From a virus (taxonomy: Duplodnaviria > Heunggongvirae > Uroviricota > Caudoviricetes), in IMG/VR virus record IMGVR_UViG_2897375277_000008, positions 1-37,796 of that record: DNA of 37,796 nucleotides; one strand, written 5' to 3'. This document shows, piece after piece, positions 19,527-28,770 of the stretch (position 1 is its first letter; each line of letters opens with the position of its first letter). Below the pieces are notes generated by a model that was not told the origin of the DNA, ran no database searches, and saw only the letters and a list, made by a program, of their open reading frames with translations. A program made the translations under genes and the position numbers.

Positions 19527-21260
19527 TTAAAGCGAGCGGATCCCATAGGACTCAATGTGGTCAGACAGCGTGTCTTCTTTCTCGTACAGCATGGCTCTGC
19601 CAACCGCCATAATCAGCGCAACTGCACCATCGATTTTGTTTTCCGCCTGCTCTTTGACGGGCTTCACCACATCATCGTTACCCGGAATGGTTTTGCCGAC
19701 CACGTTGCCGATACACCAGGTCATGATGGGATTGCCATCATGATGAAAGCGCCCCGATTCAATTGCCGCTTCCAGCTCTTTCATCGGGTCGGACATGTTG
19801 GTGTAGTTCTGAATGATAGTTATGGGGTTCAGGTCTTCATCAGCAAGGTCATGTGACAACCCGGTCGCCCCGAAGGGGTCGATGGGTGACTCACTGACCG
19901 GGCTGATTTTGTTCGCCGCTTTGGCCTCCTCGAGGATGTAGCGATAATCCACCTCCGCACCATCGGTAACGGTCAGAACGCCCATTTCCACCCATTTCTG
20001 AAAGCGTTCGGCTGTCCGTCGATCTTCATTTTTCTCGACGCTGTACACCGTGTCATACGGTACCCAGAAACGCGGGGCCACACTGTAGTAATGCGTTTTA
20101 CCGTCAATCTCGCGGGTATAAAGTCGCGCCATGCTGTTCATATCCAGCTTACGCGCCAGGTCAAAGGCCAGAATGCACGGCTGCCCCTCGAACTGCTCAA
20201 GGGTCAGTGATTTATCCTCGCAGCTCTGCCAGCTCACCAGGTTGAAATACGCCGAACGCGCCGACACCCAGATATTGAGGTGTTTTGTTTTAAAGACGTT
20301 TGCCAGACGGGCGTTATTTTTCGCACGTTGCTGCTGGCTTAACAAAAACTCGCGATAAACCGACACACCAATATTTGGATTGGCTTTTTCCAGCACCTGC
20401 GGGTCGGTCCAGTCGTCACCTTCATCAACGGTATAGATGATCCCGAACAGTTCATCGTTGGGCACCGAGCCGTTGAGCATCTCGATGACTTCCCGCCGTT
20501 TGTCGTAGCACGGCCCCTCAATGTTGTACCCGGCGGTGGTAATGGCCCACATCAGTGGCTGGCGTCGCGCCCCCATCCCGGTAAGCATCGTGGTGTAAAG
20601 CGCATCTGTGGCGTGCTCGTGATATTCATCCACCACCGCACAGTGGGGTGATGAACCATCACCGGGGTTACCGATCAGCGGTTCAAAACGCGCACCATCC
20701 TCCGGACGGTTCATGTTTGAGGCGTTAACCTCAATCCCGAACGCTTCCGTCAGCATGGGTGTGCGTTTACACATCAGTCTTGCCGGACGAAAGACTTCCC
20801 ATGCCTGTTTCTCCGTCGTGGCACCGGAATACACTTCCGCGCCGAACTCGTTATCACAGGCAAAACAATACAGGGCGACACCGGCAGAGATTGCCGATTT
20901 GCCGTTCTTACGGGGGATTTCGGTATACACCTCACGGAAGCGGCGCAGCCGGGAGCCTTTATTGACCCAGCCAAACGCGCAGCAGATCACAAAGAGCTGC
21001 CACGGCTCCAGCGTGATGGGCATCCTCTTAAATGCCCACTCACCCTTGGTGTGCGGCAACAGCTGAATAAATTTGGCGGCCCGTTCAGCCAGGTCCTTGT
21101 CGAAGCGGTAACGAAACGACTTACTTTTTTCCGCCATCAGGTCATCAAGATGGCGCTGGCAGGCCTGAATCACAAACTGGCAGGCCACAATCTTTCCGCG
21201 CACGACATCCCGGGCATACTGATTTGCAGCATTTACGTTGGGGTAAGATTTCCGGCTCAT
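19527..21260 (-). CDS. Terminase large subunit
   Basis: 577-aa ORF with Walker A-like [10 protein letters not shown] and acidic nuclease-domain residues. Confidence 0.9.
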   Translation of the reverse strand: MSRKSYPNVNAANQYARDVVRGKIVACQFVIQACQRHLDDLMAEKSKSFRYRFDKDLAERAAKFIQLLPHTKGEWAFKRMPITLEPWQLFVICCAFGWVNKGSRLRRFREVYTEIPRKNGKSAISAGVALYCFACDNEFGAEVYSGATTEKQAWEVFRPARLMCKRTPMLTEAFGIEVNASNMNRPEDGARFEPLIGNPGDGSSPHCAVVDEYHEHATDALYTTMLTGMGARRQPLMWAITTAGYNIEGPCYDKRREVIEMLNGSVPNDELFGIIYTVDEGDDWTDPQVLEKANPNIGVSVYREFLLSQQQRAKNNARLANVFKTKHLNIWVSARSAYFNLVSWQSCEDKSLTLEQFEGQPCILAFDLARKLDMNSMARLYTREIDGKTHYYSVAPRFWVPYDTVYSVEKNEDRRTAERFQKWVEMGVLTVTDGAEVDYRYILEEAKAANKISPVSESPIDPFGATGLSHDLADEDLNPITIIQNYTNMSDPMKELEAAIESGRFHHDGNPIMTWCIGNVVGKTIPGNDDVVKPVKEQAENKIDGAVALIMAVGRAMLYEKEDTLSDHIESYGIRSL

Positions 21261-21760
21261 GATTCGATAATTTTCAGAAACGGGTTAGTGGCTTTCTTCT
21301 GCCCCGCCAGGCCAATCAGACGCTGGCGGCTGCTGGGGTCGAGTCCGAGCATTGCCCCCGTACTGCTCATCTCGGACTCCTGTTCTTTTTTGGCGGTCAG
21401 CTCCGGATTTTTGACCATGCCGCCCATTGCACCGGTGATGGTGTTGCCCTGTCTGGCAATATTTTTCACGGCACGTCGCCAGAACTCATAGGCCACGCAC
21501 CACCGCTCAAGCACTGCGAGGTCAGTCACGCACAGCAGGCCCTGACCGCAGAGTTCTTTGGTTGTCAGTTGCCACATGATCGTGGCGAGAGGAAGCTCTT
21601 CTTCAGCGAACCACTCCGGTGGCTCAACACCTTTGATGGGCGTAAAAACAGGTTCATCTTTGTTCAGGGCTCGCTTGCCGGGGTTTCCGGCCAGCGCCTT
21701 GCGCGCCGTTGGCTTAGGGCGACGCCCGGAACGCCCCGCCGTTCCAGCCATATGCGGCAC
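21257..21760 (-). CDS. Terminase small subunit (P27-like)
   Basis: 167-aa basic ORF overlapping the terL start. Confidence 0.7.
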   Translation of the reverse strand: MPHMAGTAGRSGRRPKPTARKALAGNPGKRALNKDEPVFTPIKGVEPPEWFAEEELPLATIMWQLTTKELCGQGLLCVTDLAVLERWCVAYEFWRRAVKNIARQGNTITGAMGGMVKNPELTAKKEQESEMSSTGAMLGLDPSSRQRLIGLAGQKKATNPFLKIIES

Positions 21761-21876
21761 TCCTGGTTAAATTTCATTTTTCGCGGGTATAAAAAAACGA
21801 TGGGGCGGGCAGTCCGGAAGACGTCAGGTCACAGGGATTTGACCCGCCCCTCCCCTCAGACAGTTGAGAGTTATTA
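21761..21876 (-). other. Candidate cos / packaging initiation region
   Basis: Intergenic between HNH and terS; GC-rich inverted elements ggggcggg and cccgcccc and a GACCT element. Confidence 0.3.
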
Positions 21877-22227
21877 TCACTTTAACCGTTCACGGGCCGT
21901 CTTCGCCTTATGACACGGCCAGCACAGACTCTGCAGATTACAGTCGGCATCAGTGCCGCCATGCGCTTTAGGGATGATGTGGTCAACGGTTTTCGCCTCA
22001 CGCACCACACCGGCACGCAGACATAACTGACATAAACCTTTGTCACGCTTCAGGACGCGCACGCGGATAGCGTCCCACTTCGAACCATAACCGCGCTGAT
22101 GACGGGACAGGCCGCGTTGATATTGGATCCATCCTTCACCACGATGTTTAACACAATACCCAGAATTGTCTGTTGTAGTCCCCGCACACCCGTGCTTACG
22201 ACATGCTCGGGGAATTCGTGACGCCAT
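21877..22227 (-). CDS. HNH endonuclease (terminase-associated)
   Basis: 116-aa ORF with Cys clusters and HNH-type motif ...VDHIIPKAHGGTD...CWPCH. Confidence 0.85.
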   Translation of the reverse strand: MASRIPRACRKHGCAGTTTDNSGYCVKHRGEGWIQYQRGLSRHQRGYGSKWDAIRVRVLKRDKGLCQLCLRAGVVREAKTVDHIIPKAHGGTDADCNLQSLCWPCHKAKTARERLK

Positions 22228-22264
22228 ATTATCTCCAATAAAAAACCCGCTAAAGCGGGTCTTG

Positions 22265-22507
22265 TTAGCAACTTATTAACATTGCATGGTTATTTAGCAT
22301 CCAGTCGTTTAACTCATTTTCTGCCCATTCTACGTCTATAAGCACTTTGCATAAATTCGCAGGTTTAAGAAGTTCACCTGCTGACTCCCCTGAAGGCCAA
22401 AAATGCACAGCTACATAATTTTGAGTTACATATGTTTTTTTTATAGTTTGTCGTGTTTCGATTGAGACAATCACATCCGATATTTTACATTTTCTTTTTT
22501 TGACCAA
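22265..22507 (-). CDS. Hypothetical protein
   Basis: 80-aa ORF at the edge of an AT-rich stretch. Confidence 0.3.
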   Translation of the reverse strand: MVKKRKCKISDVIVSIETRQTIKKTYVTQNYVAVHFWPSGESAGELLKPANLCKVLIDVEWAENELNDWMLNNHAMLISC

Positions 22508-23064
22508 AAAATCATGAATTCGCTCCCCAACAGCTTCCTTAAAAATAGTTGAGTTAGCATGTTAATCAAATGTTGCAAAAATAAGTTTAAGTTCGCAATT
22601 TAAAGCCTTAGCTTTTGATATTCCTAATTGCATAGCCTTGTGAGCAGCTAGTATATGATTGCTATTTGCCCTGATTACATACTTTTCCATATTCGCTCTC
22701 CCAAAAAATCAGAGGTATATAATAAGAACACAGAAAAATTTATCAATAAAATCAGCAACAAAAGTAGCTCATCAGCATTACTGACTAAAAGTTCTAATAT
22801 CATTAACAAACGAGTATTGCACTGTACACTTTTTCAAAACGGACAAGTCTTTCAGATACTCACATCGACAACCAATAAAGAACACCAATTGTACTCATCT
22901 CGCGTCAATTCATTGTAGCCTGTGAGCCTATGCTTTCTGATCACAACGCTACCAGTATTATCGCTTCAAGCAGGAATGAACTCCGTATTTTAGCATCCAA
23001 AGGAATTAGCTGTCCCCAAACAGGGTATTAGAACGTAATAATATCACTTTACTAATATAATCAG

Positions 23065-23526
23065 CTAGTTAACACACTGCGCTCTAATGTATTCCTGTAG
23101 GTAATTAACCTGCGCAGTTATCTTGTCGATTCCACTTCGGAGACGGTAATAATTGAATTCAGCATCTGCTGTAAGTCTTGGGCTTTCTCCATCGCCCATG
23201 CCGCTGGCTCTGGTCGTTGATTTTGCACAGGTGGCGGCGACTTGCAGGCGCTTACGCCCAGCAGAAACATCAGCACGGAGGCTTTCGATAGTCGCGTTAG
23301 CATCAGCAAGCTCCTTTGTGTATCTGGCGTCAAGTTCTGCTACGTCACGTTGACGCTTCTGCATATCAGAAATGGTCGCCATAGCCGAATCTAATGCCAT
23401 AGCATTCTCATCACGCTGCTTTTTGTATTCAATAGCTTTATTGTGGTAATGATTCGCTGAACAGATAAAAGAACCAATGACAGTAACGAAGAAAGCAGCG
23501 ATAACCAGCTTATAGCTCAACTTCAT
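23065..23526 (-). CDS. Rz-like i-spanin
   Basis: 153-aa ORF with N-terminal membrane helix and coiled-coil periplasmic part; overlaps endolysin 3' end. Confidence 0.8.
   Translation of the reverse strand: MKLSYKLVIAAFFVTVIGSFICSANHYHNKAIEYKKQRDENAMALDSAMATISDMQKRQRDVAELDARYTKELADANATIESLRADVSAGRKRLQVAATCAKSTTRASGMGDGESPRLTADAEFNYYRLRSGIDKITAQVNYLQEYIRAQCVN
23118..23303 (-). CDS. Rz1-like o-spanin embedded in Rz
   Basis: +1-frame ORF inside Rz; from the internal Met gives MLTRLSKASVLMFLLGVSAC (lipobox) then a Pro-rich segment; track ORF extends to 23333. Confidence 0.6.
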   Translation of the reverse strand: MLTRLSKASVLMFLLGVSACKSPPPVQNQRPEPAAWAMEKAQDLQQMLNSIITVSEVESTR

Positions 23527-23986
23527 TTACCACCCCACCAGCCTCTTTAAATCGGGCAATCAGGTCACCGATTTTATGCTCATACTGACCGTAACCTGCA
23601 CCGGGTAATGACGCCCAGATATTGCTGCAACGATCGATAGCCTGACGGATATCACCGCGATCAATCATCGGTAAAGCACCACGCTCTTTAATCTGCTGCA
23701 ATGCCACTGCGTCCTGGCTTTTGGGGGAGAAGTCTTTCAAACCAAGCTGTTTACGGTAAGCATCCCACCAGCGTGAAAGAAGCTGATAACGCCCGGCGGC
23801 TGTTGATTTGAGTTTGGGGTTTAGCGTGACAAGTTTGCGAGGGTGATCGGAGTAATCAGTAAACAGTTCGCCGCCAACAATAACATCATAACCGTGGTTA
23901 CGTGTCGGTTGTCGCCCGTTATCCGTTCCTTCTGACCATGCCACCATATCGAGGAAAGCTTTACGCTGGGAATTTAGTACCTGCAT
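23510..23986 (-). CDS. Endolysin, lambda R-like lytic transglycosylase
   Basis: 158-aa ORF; long stretches match my recollection of lambda R (…NQRKAFLDM…AWSEGTDNGRQ…NHGYDVIVGGELFTDYSDHPRKLVTLNPKLKST…). Confidence 0.85.
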   Translation of the reverse strand: MQVLNSQRKAFLDMVAWSEGTDNGRQPTRNHGYDVIVGGELFTDYSDHPRKLVTLNPKLKSTAAGRYQLLSRWWDAYRKQLGLKDFSPKSQDAVALQQIKERGALPMIDRGDIRQAIDRCSNIWASLPGAGYGQYEHKIGDLIARFKEAGGVVNEVEL

Positions 23987-23989
23987 AAA

Positions 23990-24316
23990 TTACTCCTTAG
24001 AGCCACCAAACTTGTTACCGATTACTCTCATTGCAGCCCCACGAATAGCATCGACACCGATCAGCCCCACCCCACCACCAATGGCAACAGATAGTGATTT
24101 AGGCCATCCGACATACTCAAGAGCGGATGCAAAAGTCAGCGTCAGAGCGCCACAGAGTAGAATTTCGAGTGTTTTTCGCTTCCAGCCGCCACCACCGCCA
24201 AAATAGGCAATACGTAAACCAGCCATAACAATCGACATAATCACTGCGCCCAGCGGTGTGTCTCCACGCCACCAGCTCTGGACCAACTCCAGCCAGGTAT
24301 TTGGGTTATGAGGCAT
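23990..24316 (-). CDS. Putative holin
   Basis: 108-aa ORF with hydrophobic segments and charged C-terminus immediately upstream of the endolysin. Confidence 0.6.
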   Translation of the reverse strand: MPHNPNTWLELVQSWWRGDTPLGAVIMSIVMAGLRIAYFGGGGGWKRKTLEILLCGALTLTFASALEYVGWPKSLSVAIGGGVGLIGVDAIRGAAMRVIGNKFGGSKE

Positions 24317-24468
24317 TTGTAGTTATCTCTCACCTCGCTGATACAGCAGGTGCAAATTGAGGGAACATCATGTACCGCAAATCAGAAGCGGAAACGTCAA
24401 AGAAGCCGAGCCAATGGATAACTGCGGGATAGACCAGGCCCAACGAATCCCTAGGCCCAGAAACGACA

Positions 24469-24490
24469 AAACCCGCTCAGCGGCGGGTTT
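24469..24490 (-). terminator. Hairpin terminator upstream of the holin gene
   Basis: Stem aaacccgc/gcgggttt with 6-nt loop; on the minus strand followed by UUUUGUCGUUU. Confidence 0.5.
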
Positions 24491-24535
24491 AAGTTGTGTG
24501 GCGAAGTAACCACTCTTAACACGATACAATACTTT

Positions 24536-24565
24536 TTGCGTACGCGTTAGTGAAAAATATATACT
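24536..24565 (+). promoter_or_regulatory. Candidate sigma70 promoter for the two-gene insert
   Basis: TTGCGT (24536..24541), 18-bp spacer, TATACT (24560..24565); AAGGAA Shine-Dalgarno before the ATG at 24645. Confidence 0.35.
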
Positions 24566-24644
24566 ATCAAGCACAATCAGTTAACCTTTGGTTCTGCTGA
24601 ACTAAAAACAGCAATCAGTATTAGTGCTCGTATAAGGAACAGAT

Positions 24645-25580
24645 ATGCTCTTGGGAGATAATGAACGTTTCATGATCAAATGCCAGGTTACTTTAAAGAA
24701 GTATCCTAATGACGCACCTGACATGCCTTTAGTAAACTGTATTCCTGTTTTAAAAAATCGCTATAACAAAGGAGAAGCTGTTTACGAATTAAACAAAGGA
24801 CGTTCTGTCATAAGATTGCTATCCATAAAAGACGATGAAAATTACCTGAAATTGCTTTTTCAATATATAAATAAAGATGCTTCTGATCCCGCCTTTTCCA
24901 ACATAAAAACTGGTGAAACCAGAATTGAGAAAAAGCAAAATGATGAAGGTATGGGGTACTCTGCTCATGTGCTTATCAAAAAAAGACCGAGCGACTCATC
25001 ATTCCAAGATTGTTATGAGGCAATTTTAGAAGAAGTTCCGGGCATTACCAGAGGTTTATTAGCCCAAGCTTTAACTTATTTCCTGCGAGAAAATAATTTT
25101 TCCTTTATCCGTTCAGGAGGGAAAAAAGAACTTAAGTGCAGACCTATTTTCGACATTGATTTTTTGGCTGCAATAACACTTGAGCAATCTCTATCCACTG
25201 GTTATTTATGTGGACTTACTGCTACTCGTCGCTTTAAAGATAACTCTTTAGATGATGATGGCACAGTAATGGTTGAAGAAGAAACACTAAAGCTATCAAC
25301 AAAAATACGTCGCGGAGAGGGTGCAATTAAGGCGATTAAGTCTGCATATGACAAACTTCGTGGTAGAAAGTATACAATGTTAAGAATTTCTTATAAAGAC
25401 AAAAATAAACGCGTTTCATCAGATCTTGTTTCCATCGGAAAAGAAATGAGCTTACAGGAACTCGCAACAGCACAATTGGCACAACGTGAAAAAGCAGTGT
25501 TGGCATCAACAATTGCCGTTTGCCAAACAGCATTTCACGAAGAACTTCTCGCAAAAATGCAAAACTTTATGTTAAAGTGA
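24645..25580 (+). CDS. Hypothetical 311-aa soluble protein, first gene of the AT-rich insert
   Basis: Long ORF with AAGGAA Shine-Dalgarno; no Walker, HNH or other motif I recognise; codon usage visibly AT-rich; opposite strand to the late operon. Confidence 0.7.
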   Translation: MLLGDNERFMIKCQVTLKKYPNDAPDMPLVNCIPVLKNRYNKGEAVYELNKGRSVIRLLSIKDDENYLKLLFQYINKDASDPAFSNIKTGETRIEKKQNDEGMGYSAHVLIKKRPSDSSFQDCYEAILEEVPGITRGLLAQALTYFLRENNFSFIRSGGKKELKCRPIFDIDFLAAITLEQSLSTGYLCGLTATRRFKDNSLDDDGTVMVEEETLKLSTKIRRGEGAIKAIKSAYDKLRGRKYTMLRISYKDKNKRVSSDLVSIGKEMSLQELATAQLAQREKAVLASTIAVCQTAFHEELLAKMQNFMLK

Positions 25581-25612
25581 AGGCATGGAAAACCTGTCAA
25601 AAGGAGGCATAT

Positions 25613-26182
25613 ATGTATGTTTTATCTAAGGTTTTTACACCTATAGACTACCTACGCATAAAGCATCCTGAGAAGCGATTTTTTGACTGGGTTTTACCCA
25701 TTTTCACTGCTGCAATTATTACTTTATCCATCTATTACTTACCGAAAACCATCTCACTTCTCGGGAAGGATAGTCTTGTGTCTTTAGTAAACGGGATACT
25801 TCAAATACTATCTGGTTTTTACATTGCATCTATGGCTGCAGTTGCAACCTTCAGTAAGGATGGTATGGATGAAGTTATGCATGGCATACCTCCGGTATTA
25901 AAAGGTAAAAAACTTACAAGGCGTAAATTCCTCACTTATCTATTTGGTTATTTAGCGTTTATGAGCATCGCGCTGTATTTCGTTGGAGGAGCACTTCAAC
26001 TAACCAGTGCAAGCATCAAGGAATTACACCTTTCATCATATCCACTAGTGAAATCATTACTTTTGTTTATTTATTTAAGTACCATATGCAACATTATATA
26101 CACAACGGCATTAGGTATGTATTTTATGATAGACAAAATGCATGATGAAAAATCGAAACTTATAATTAAAGATAAAGAATGA
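25613..26182 (+). CDS. Hypothetical 189-aa membrane protein with four predicted TM helices
   Basis: Start set at ATG 25613 (AAGGAGG 5 nt upstream; track ORF begins 25520). Four hydrophobic segments of about 20 to 28 aa and a Lys-rich tail. Confidence 0.65.
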   Translation: MYVLSKVFTPIDYLRIKHPEKRFFDWVLPIFTAAIITLSIYYLPKTISLLGKDSLVSLVNGILQILSGFYIASMAAVATFSKDGMDEVMHGIPPVLKGKKLTRRKFLTYLFGYLAFMSIALYFVGGALQLTSASIKELHLSSYPLVKSLLLFIYLSTICNIIYTTALGMYFMIDKMHDEKSKLIIKDKE

Positions 26183-26206
26183 GGCTTACGCCTCATTCTT
26201 TTTAGA
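26175..26206 (+). terminator. Intrinsic terminator between the convergent insert and Q gene
   Basis: Perfect 11-bp stem aagaatgaggc/gcctcattctt, loop ttac, then T-run; overlaps the insert gene stop and the Q stop codon. Confidence 0.7.
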
Positions 26207-26564
26207 ACTCAATCAAACAAATACATCCTTCAACAAACCCCAAGGCAGTCTGCAATTTTTTCCTAACTGTGCCATCTGAACATCTTCTCTTCTTGGCAAT
26301 AGTGCGTAATGAGATACCAATGACAAAGTGAGCTATGATTAGCTCATATTCCTCTGGTTTATACTTTCTCAACCGAGCCACACAACTGTCTATCATAATG
26401 CCTTCGTCATCATCACACTGAACCCGGGACTTTTTGCCATGAGGTAAAAGCCCCTTGAAGCCTGCAGCTATCGGCTGCCAGTCCACGCCACTGTTATCTG
26501 CTGCAGCCCATGCTCCCCAGCGGTCCAATACTTCATACATATCACGCATCAACTTTCTCCACAA
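26202..26564 (-). CDS. Late antiterminator Q (QuuD-like small Q family)
   Basis: 120-aa ORF with ...VLDRWGAWAAADN...IAAGFKGL...; matches my recollection of DLP12 QuuD; sits upstream of the lysis genes. Confidence 0.7.
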   Translation of the reverse strand: MWRKLMRDMYEVLDRWGAWAAADNSGVDWQPIAAGFKGLLPHGKKSRVQCDDDEGIMIDSCVARLRKYKPEEYELIIAHFVIGISLRTIAKKRRCSDGTVRKKLQTALGFVEGCICLIEF

Positions 26565-26566
26565 AA

Positions 26567-27562
26567 TCAGGCCAGCACGCCAATTGCCAGCGCACGATCG
26601 ATAAAACGAAATATCAGCTCCAGCTGGGAGCCATACTTCTCTTCAAATGCCACGGTATCCGCATGCAGCTCGTCGTGATGCTTTCTGCACAAAGGCAACA
26701 CAAAGAGGTCATGCGCTTTTGTTCCCATTCCACCCTGACCGTGACCTATCAGGTGGTGGGGATCATCAGCAGGCTTTCCACAACATGCACACGGCTGTGT
26801 CTTAACCCAGCGCGTGTACTTTTCATTAACCCAGCGGCGACGTTTTGGGCGTAACATAAAAGACCCCGGCGACTCCGGATCCACTTTCAGCGCCAGCACC
26901 TTTTTCGCTTTATCCTGGATGATGCTGGTGGCAGGAACCGAAGGCACAAGGTCACTTTCCCGGGTAACAGACGGCACAACAGGCTTCGGTAATCTCAGTG
27001 CCTTACGGGCTGCACTTTCCGGTAAGGCATCCGCCAGGTCATTACGAACCAGCCACCAGCACAGTTCCGGCATTGTCACAACGTGACTATCATCAAAACC
27101 GAGATCACGGCGCACAACAGATAACACCCAGCGGGCACAGTTATCCGTTGCCATTGATTCCAGCCGTTCCGTGAACTGATCACGCAACTGGTTATCGCAG
27201 TGCCAACACAGACGGATTACGCCCGGCGCGCGTCGCATTGTGGTCATGTTCTCGCTGTGCCAGTCGGAATGAGGCCACTGACAGCCCTTTTCACGAAGTA
27301 ACCAGCTTTCAAGACATTCCACGCCACCAGCACGACGGATCACTGCCTCATTGCGGAACACGGCCCGAACGGCAGGATCATCCGCCAGCGGTTGTGATGC
27401 CGCTGGAACGGCACCACTGGCGAAAGATGAATAACGCTCCGGCTCAGGCTCCAGCAGGACACGCCCCTGCATAAACAGGGGCATCAGCTCTGAACCAGGC
27501 CTGAACAATACGATCCCCATACGCGGGGCAATTTCAGGGGTCAGTAGTGCTCTCACGGTCAC
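26567..27562 (-). CDS. Nin-region protein, DUF968-like, with C-terminal Cys/His cluster
   Basis: 331-aa ORF; C-terminus CACCGKPADDPHHLIGHGQ...CRKHHDELH suggests a metal-binding or HNH-like module. Confidence 0.5.
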   Translation of the reverse strand: MTVRALLTPEIAPRMGIVLFRPGSELMPLFMQGRVLLEPEPERYSSFASGAVPAASQPLADDPAVRAVFRNEAVIRRAGGVECLESWLLREKGCQWPHSDWHSENMTTMRRAPGVIRLCWHCDNQLRDQFTERLESMATDNCARWVLSVVRRDLGFDDSHVVTMPELCWWLVRNDLADALPESAARKALRLPKPVVPSVTRESDLVPSVPATSIIQDKAKKVLALKVDPESPGSFMLRPKRRRWVNEKYTRWVKTQPCACCGKPADDPHHLIGHGQGGMGTKAHDLFVLPLCRKHHDELHADTVAFEEKYGSQLELIFRFIDRALAIGVLA

Positions 27563-27563
27563 C

Positions 27564-28394
27564 TCAATGAACGGTATCGAGCAGCTTTAACAGCTCAGGG
27601 AATCGGGATTCGAAGAAATGCGGCTGCGTCTCGCGCGGATTTGCAGGACTGGTGATGTTCTTGCCGAACATGCAGCCTTTCGCCGTTAGCGACCAGAATT
27701 TTTTGATGTTGTTAATCGCGGTACGGCTGTATCGTTCGCGTTGTTCAACGATCCCCAGCTTCACCATCTGGTGATATGCCTGATTAGCCGTCAGGCGGAT
27801 ACCATACTGCTTCAGCAGTGCACTCAGCGACAGCGTGGGGCGACTTGAGCCATCGTGTGCATCAGCAGGAGCATCAACGGCATAGCGCGGTGCCAGATTC
27901 GGTAAGCCAACAGCCTCCTGGAGTTTCTGACAGGCCCCAAGCACAGATGAGTTAGACAGGTTTAACTCCCGACGCATAAAGTCCAGCAGAATCACTCCAG
28001 CCTGCATCTTGTCAGCAGCCTGTCCGGATAATTTTTCCGGTGCGCTGGTTACCATGTCGAAAGTACGGATCACCTTCAGATGGAATGACGGGCTGATCCA
28101 CATTGCATAGGCATACACCAGTTCCTTACAGACATACGTCCCCTGATTATTTCCGCCGCGAATAACGTTAACTGGCTCTATATTGACCGAGTTGCAAATC
28201 TGCAACTCGCTTATTAAACGTTCAGTTTGCTCATTGCGGAGCCAGAATGCAGGCTTATGCTTATCCAGAGAACCGGCAGCCCTGTGCAGATCGTTCAGGC
28301 TGTAACGCCCATAAGCATCACGACGAACTTCAATACCATCAATGACCATCAGATTATTCATACTTCGTTTCTCCTCTTGATCAGGCGGCTGCAC
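27564..28394 (-). CDS. KilA-N domain protein (antirepressor-like)
   Basis: 276-aa ORF; N-terminal region ...MVIDGIEVRRDAYGRYSLNDLHRAAG... is KilA-N-like. Confidence 0.55.
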   Translation of the reverse strand: MQPPDQEEKRSMNNLMVIDGIEVRRDAYGRYSLNDLHRAAGSLDKHKPAFWLRNEQTERLISELQICNSVNIEPVNVIRGGNNQGTYVCKELVYAYAMWISPSFHLKVIRTFDMVTSAPEKLSGQAADKMQAGVILLDFMRRELNLSNSSVLGACQKLQEAVGLPNLAPRYAVDAPADAHDGSSRPTLSLSALLKQYGIRLTANQAYHQMVKLGIVEQRERYSRTAINNIKKFWSLTAKGCMFGKNITSPANPRETQPHFFESRFPELLKLLDTVH

Positions 28395-28770
28395 CCGCCG
28401 TTTTCTCGTACTTACTGATAGTGATCTCGACCTTCCCTTCCGGGATAACCGGTCCCCACTCCACCAGCATTCTTTTCACCTGGCTGTCGTCTTCCCACAC
28501 ACCCGCGTGGGTCAGGGCGTCAAACAGTGCCTTGTTATAGTTGTCCAGATCGCGGATCCGGTTATCCGGAGGAAACAACACAATCTCCACTGAAGCAGGT
28601 GCCGACGTTGGTTTCGGCAGACGACGTAACTGCTCAACTATTGCTGCGCACGCCGCGCTCTGGAATTTTCGCCCCGCCGCACTTATCAGGCTCTTACCAG
28701 CAAATGCCCCTTTGTTGGGGTGTCGCCAGTAGGTGTTCACGCTGGGCGGAAAAGGCAGGATCAGCTTCAT
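28381..28770 (-). CDS. rusA: RusA-type Holliday junction resolvase
   Basis: 129-aa ORF MKLILPFPPSVNTYWR... with acidic catalytic residues (…DLDNYNKALFDALT…). Confidence 0.85.
   Translation of the reverse strand: MKLILPFPPSVNTYWRHPNKGAFAGKSLISAAGRKFQSAACAAIVEQLRRLPKPTSAPASVEIVLFPPDNRIRDLDNYNKALFDALTHAGVWEDDSQVKRMLVEWGPVIPEGKVEITISKYEKTAGAAA

Noticed and set aside
22655-22918. Plus-strand 87-aa ORF in the AT-rich stretch
   Set aside because: Low-complexity Ser/Asn/Lys-rich sequence with no ribosome-binding site; composition artefact of AT-rich DNA.
24368-24574. Minus-strand 68-aa ORF upstream of the holin
   Set aside because: Spans the terminator hairpin and candidate promoter; more likely regulatory DNA than coding.
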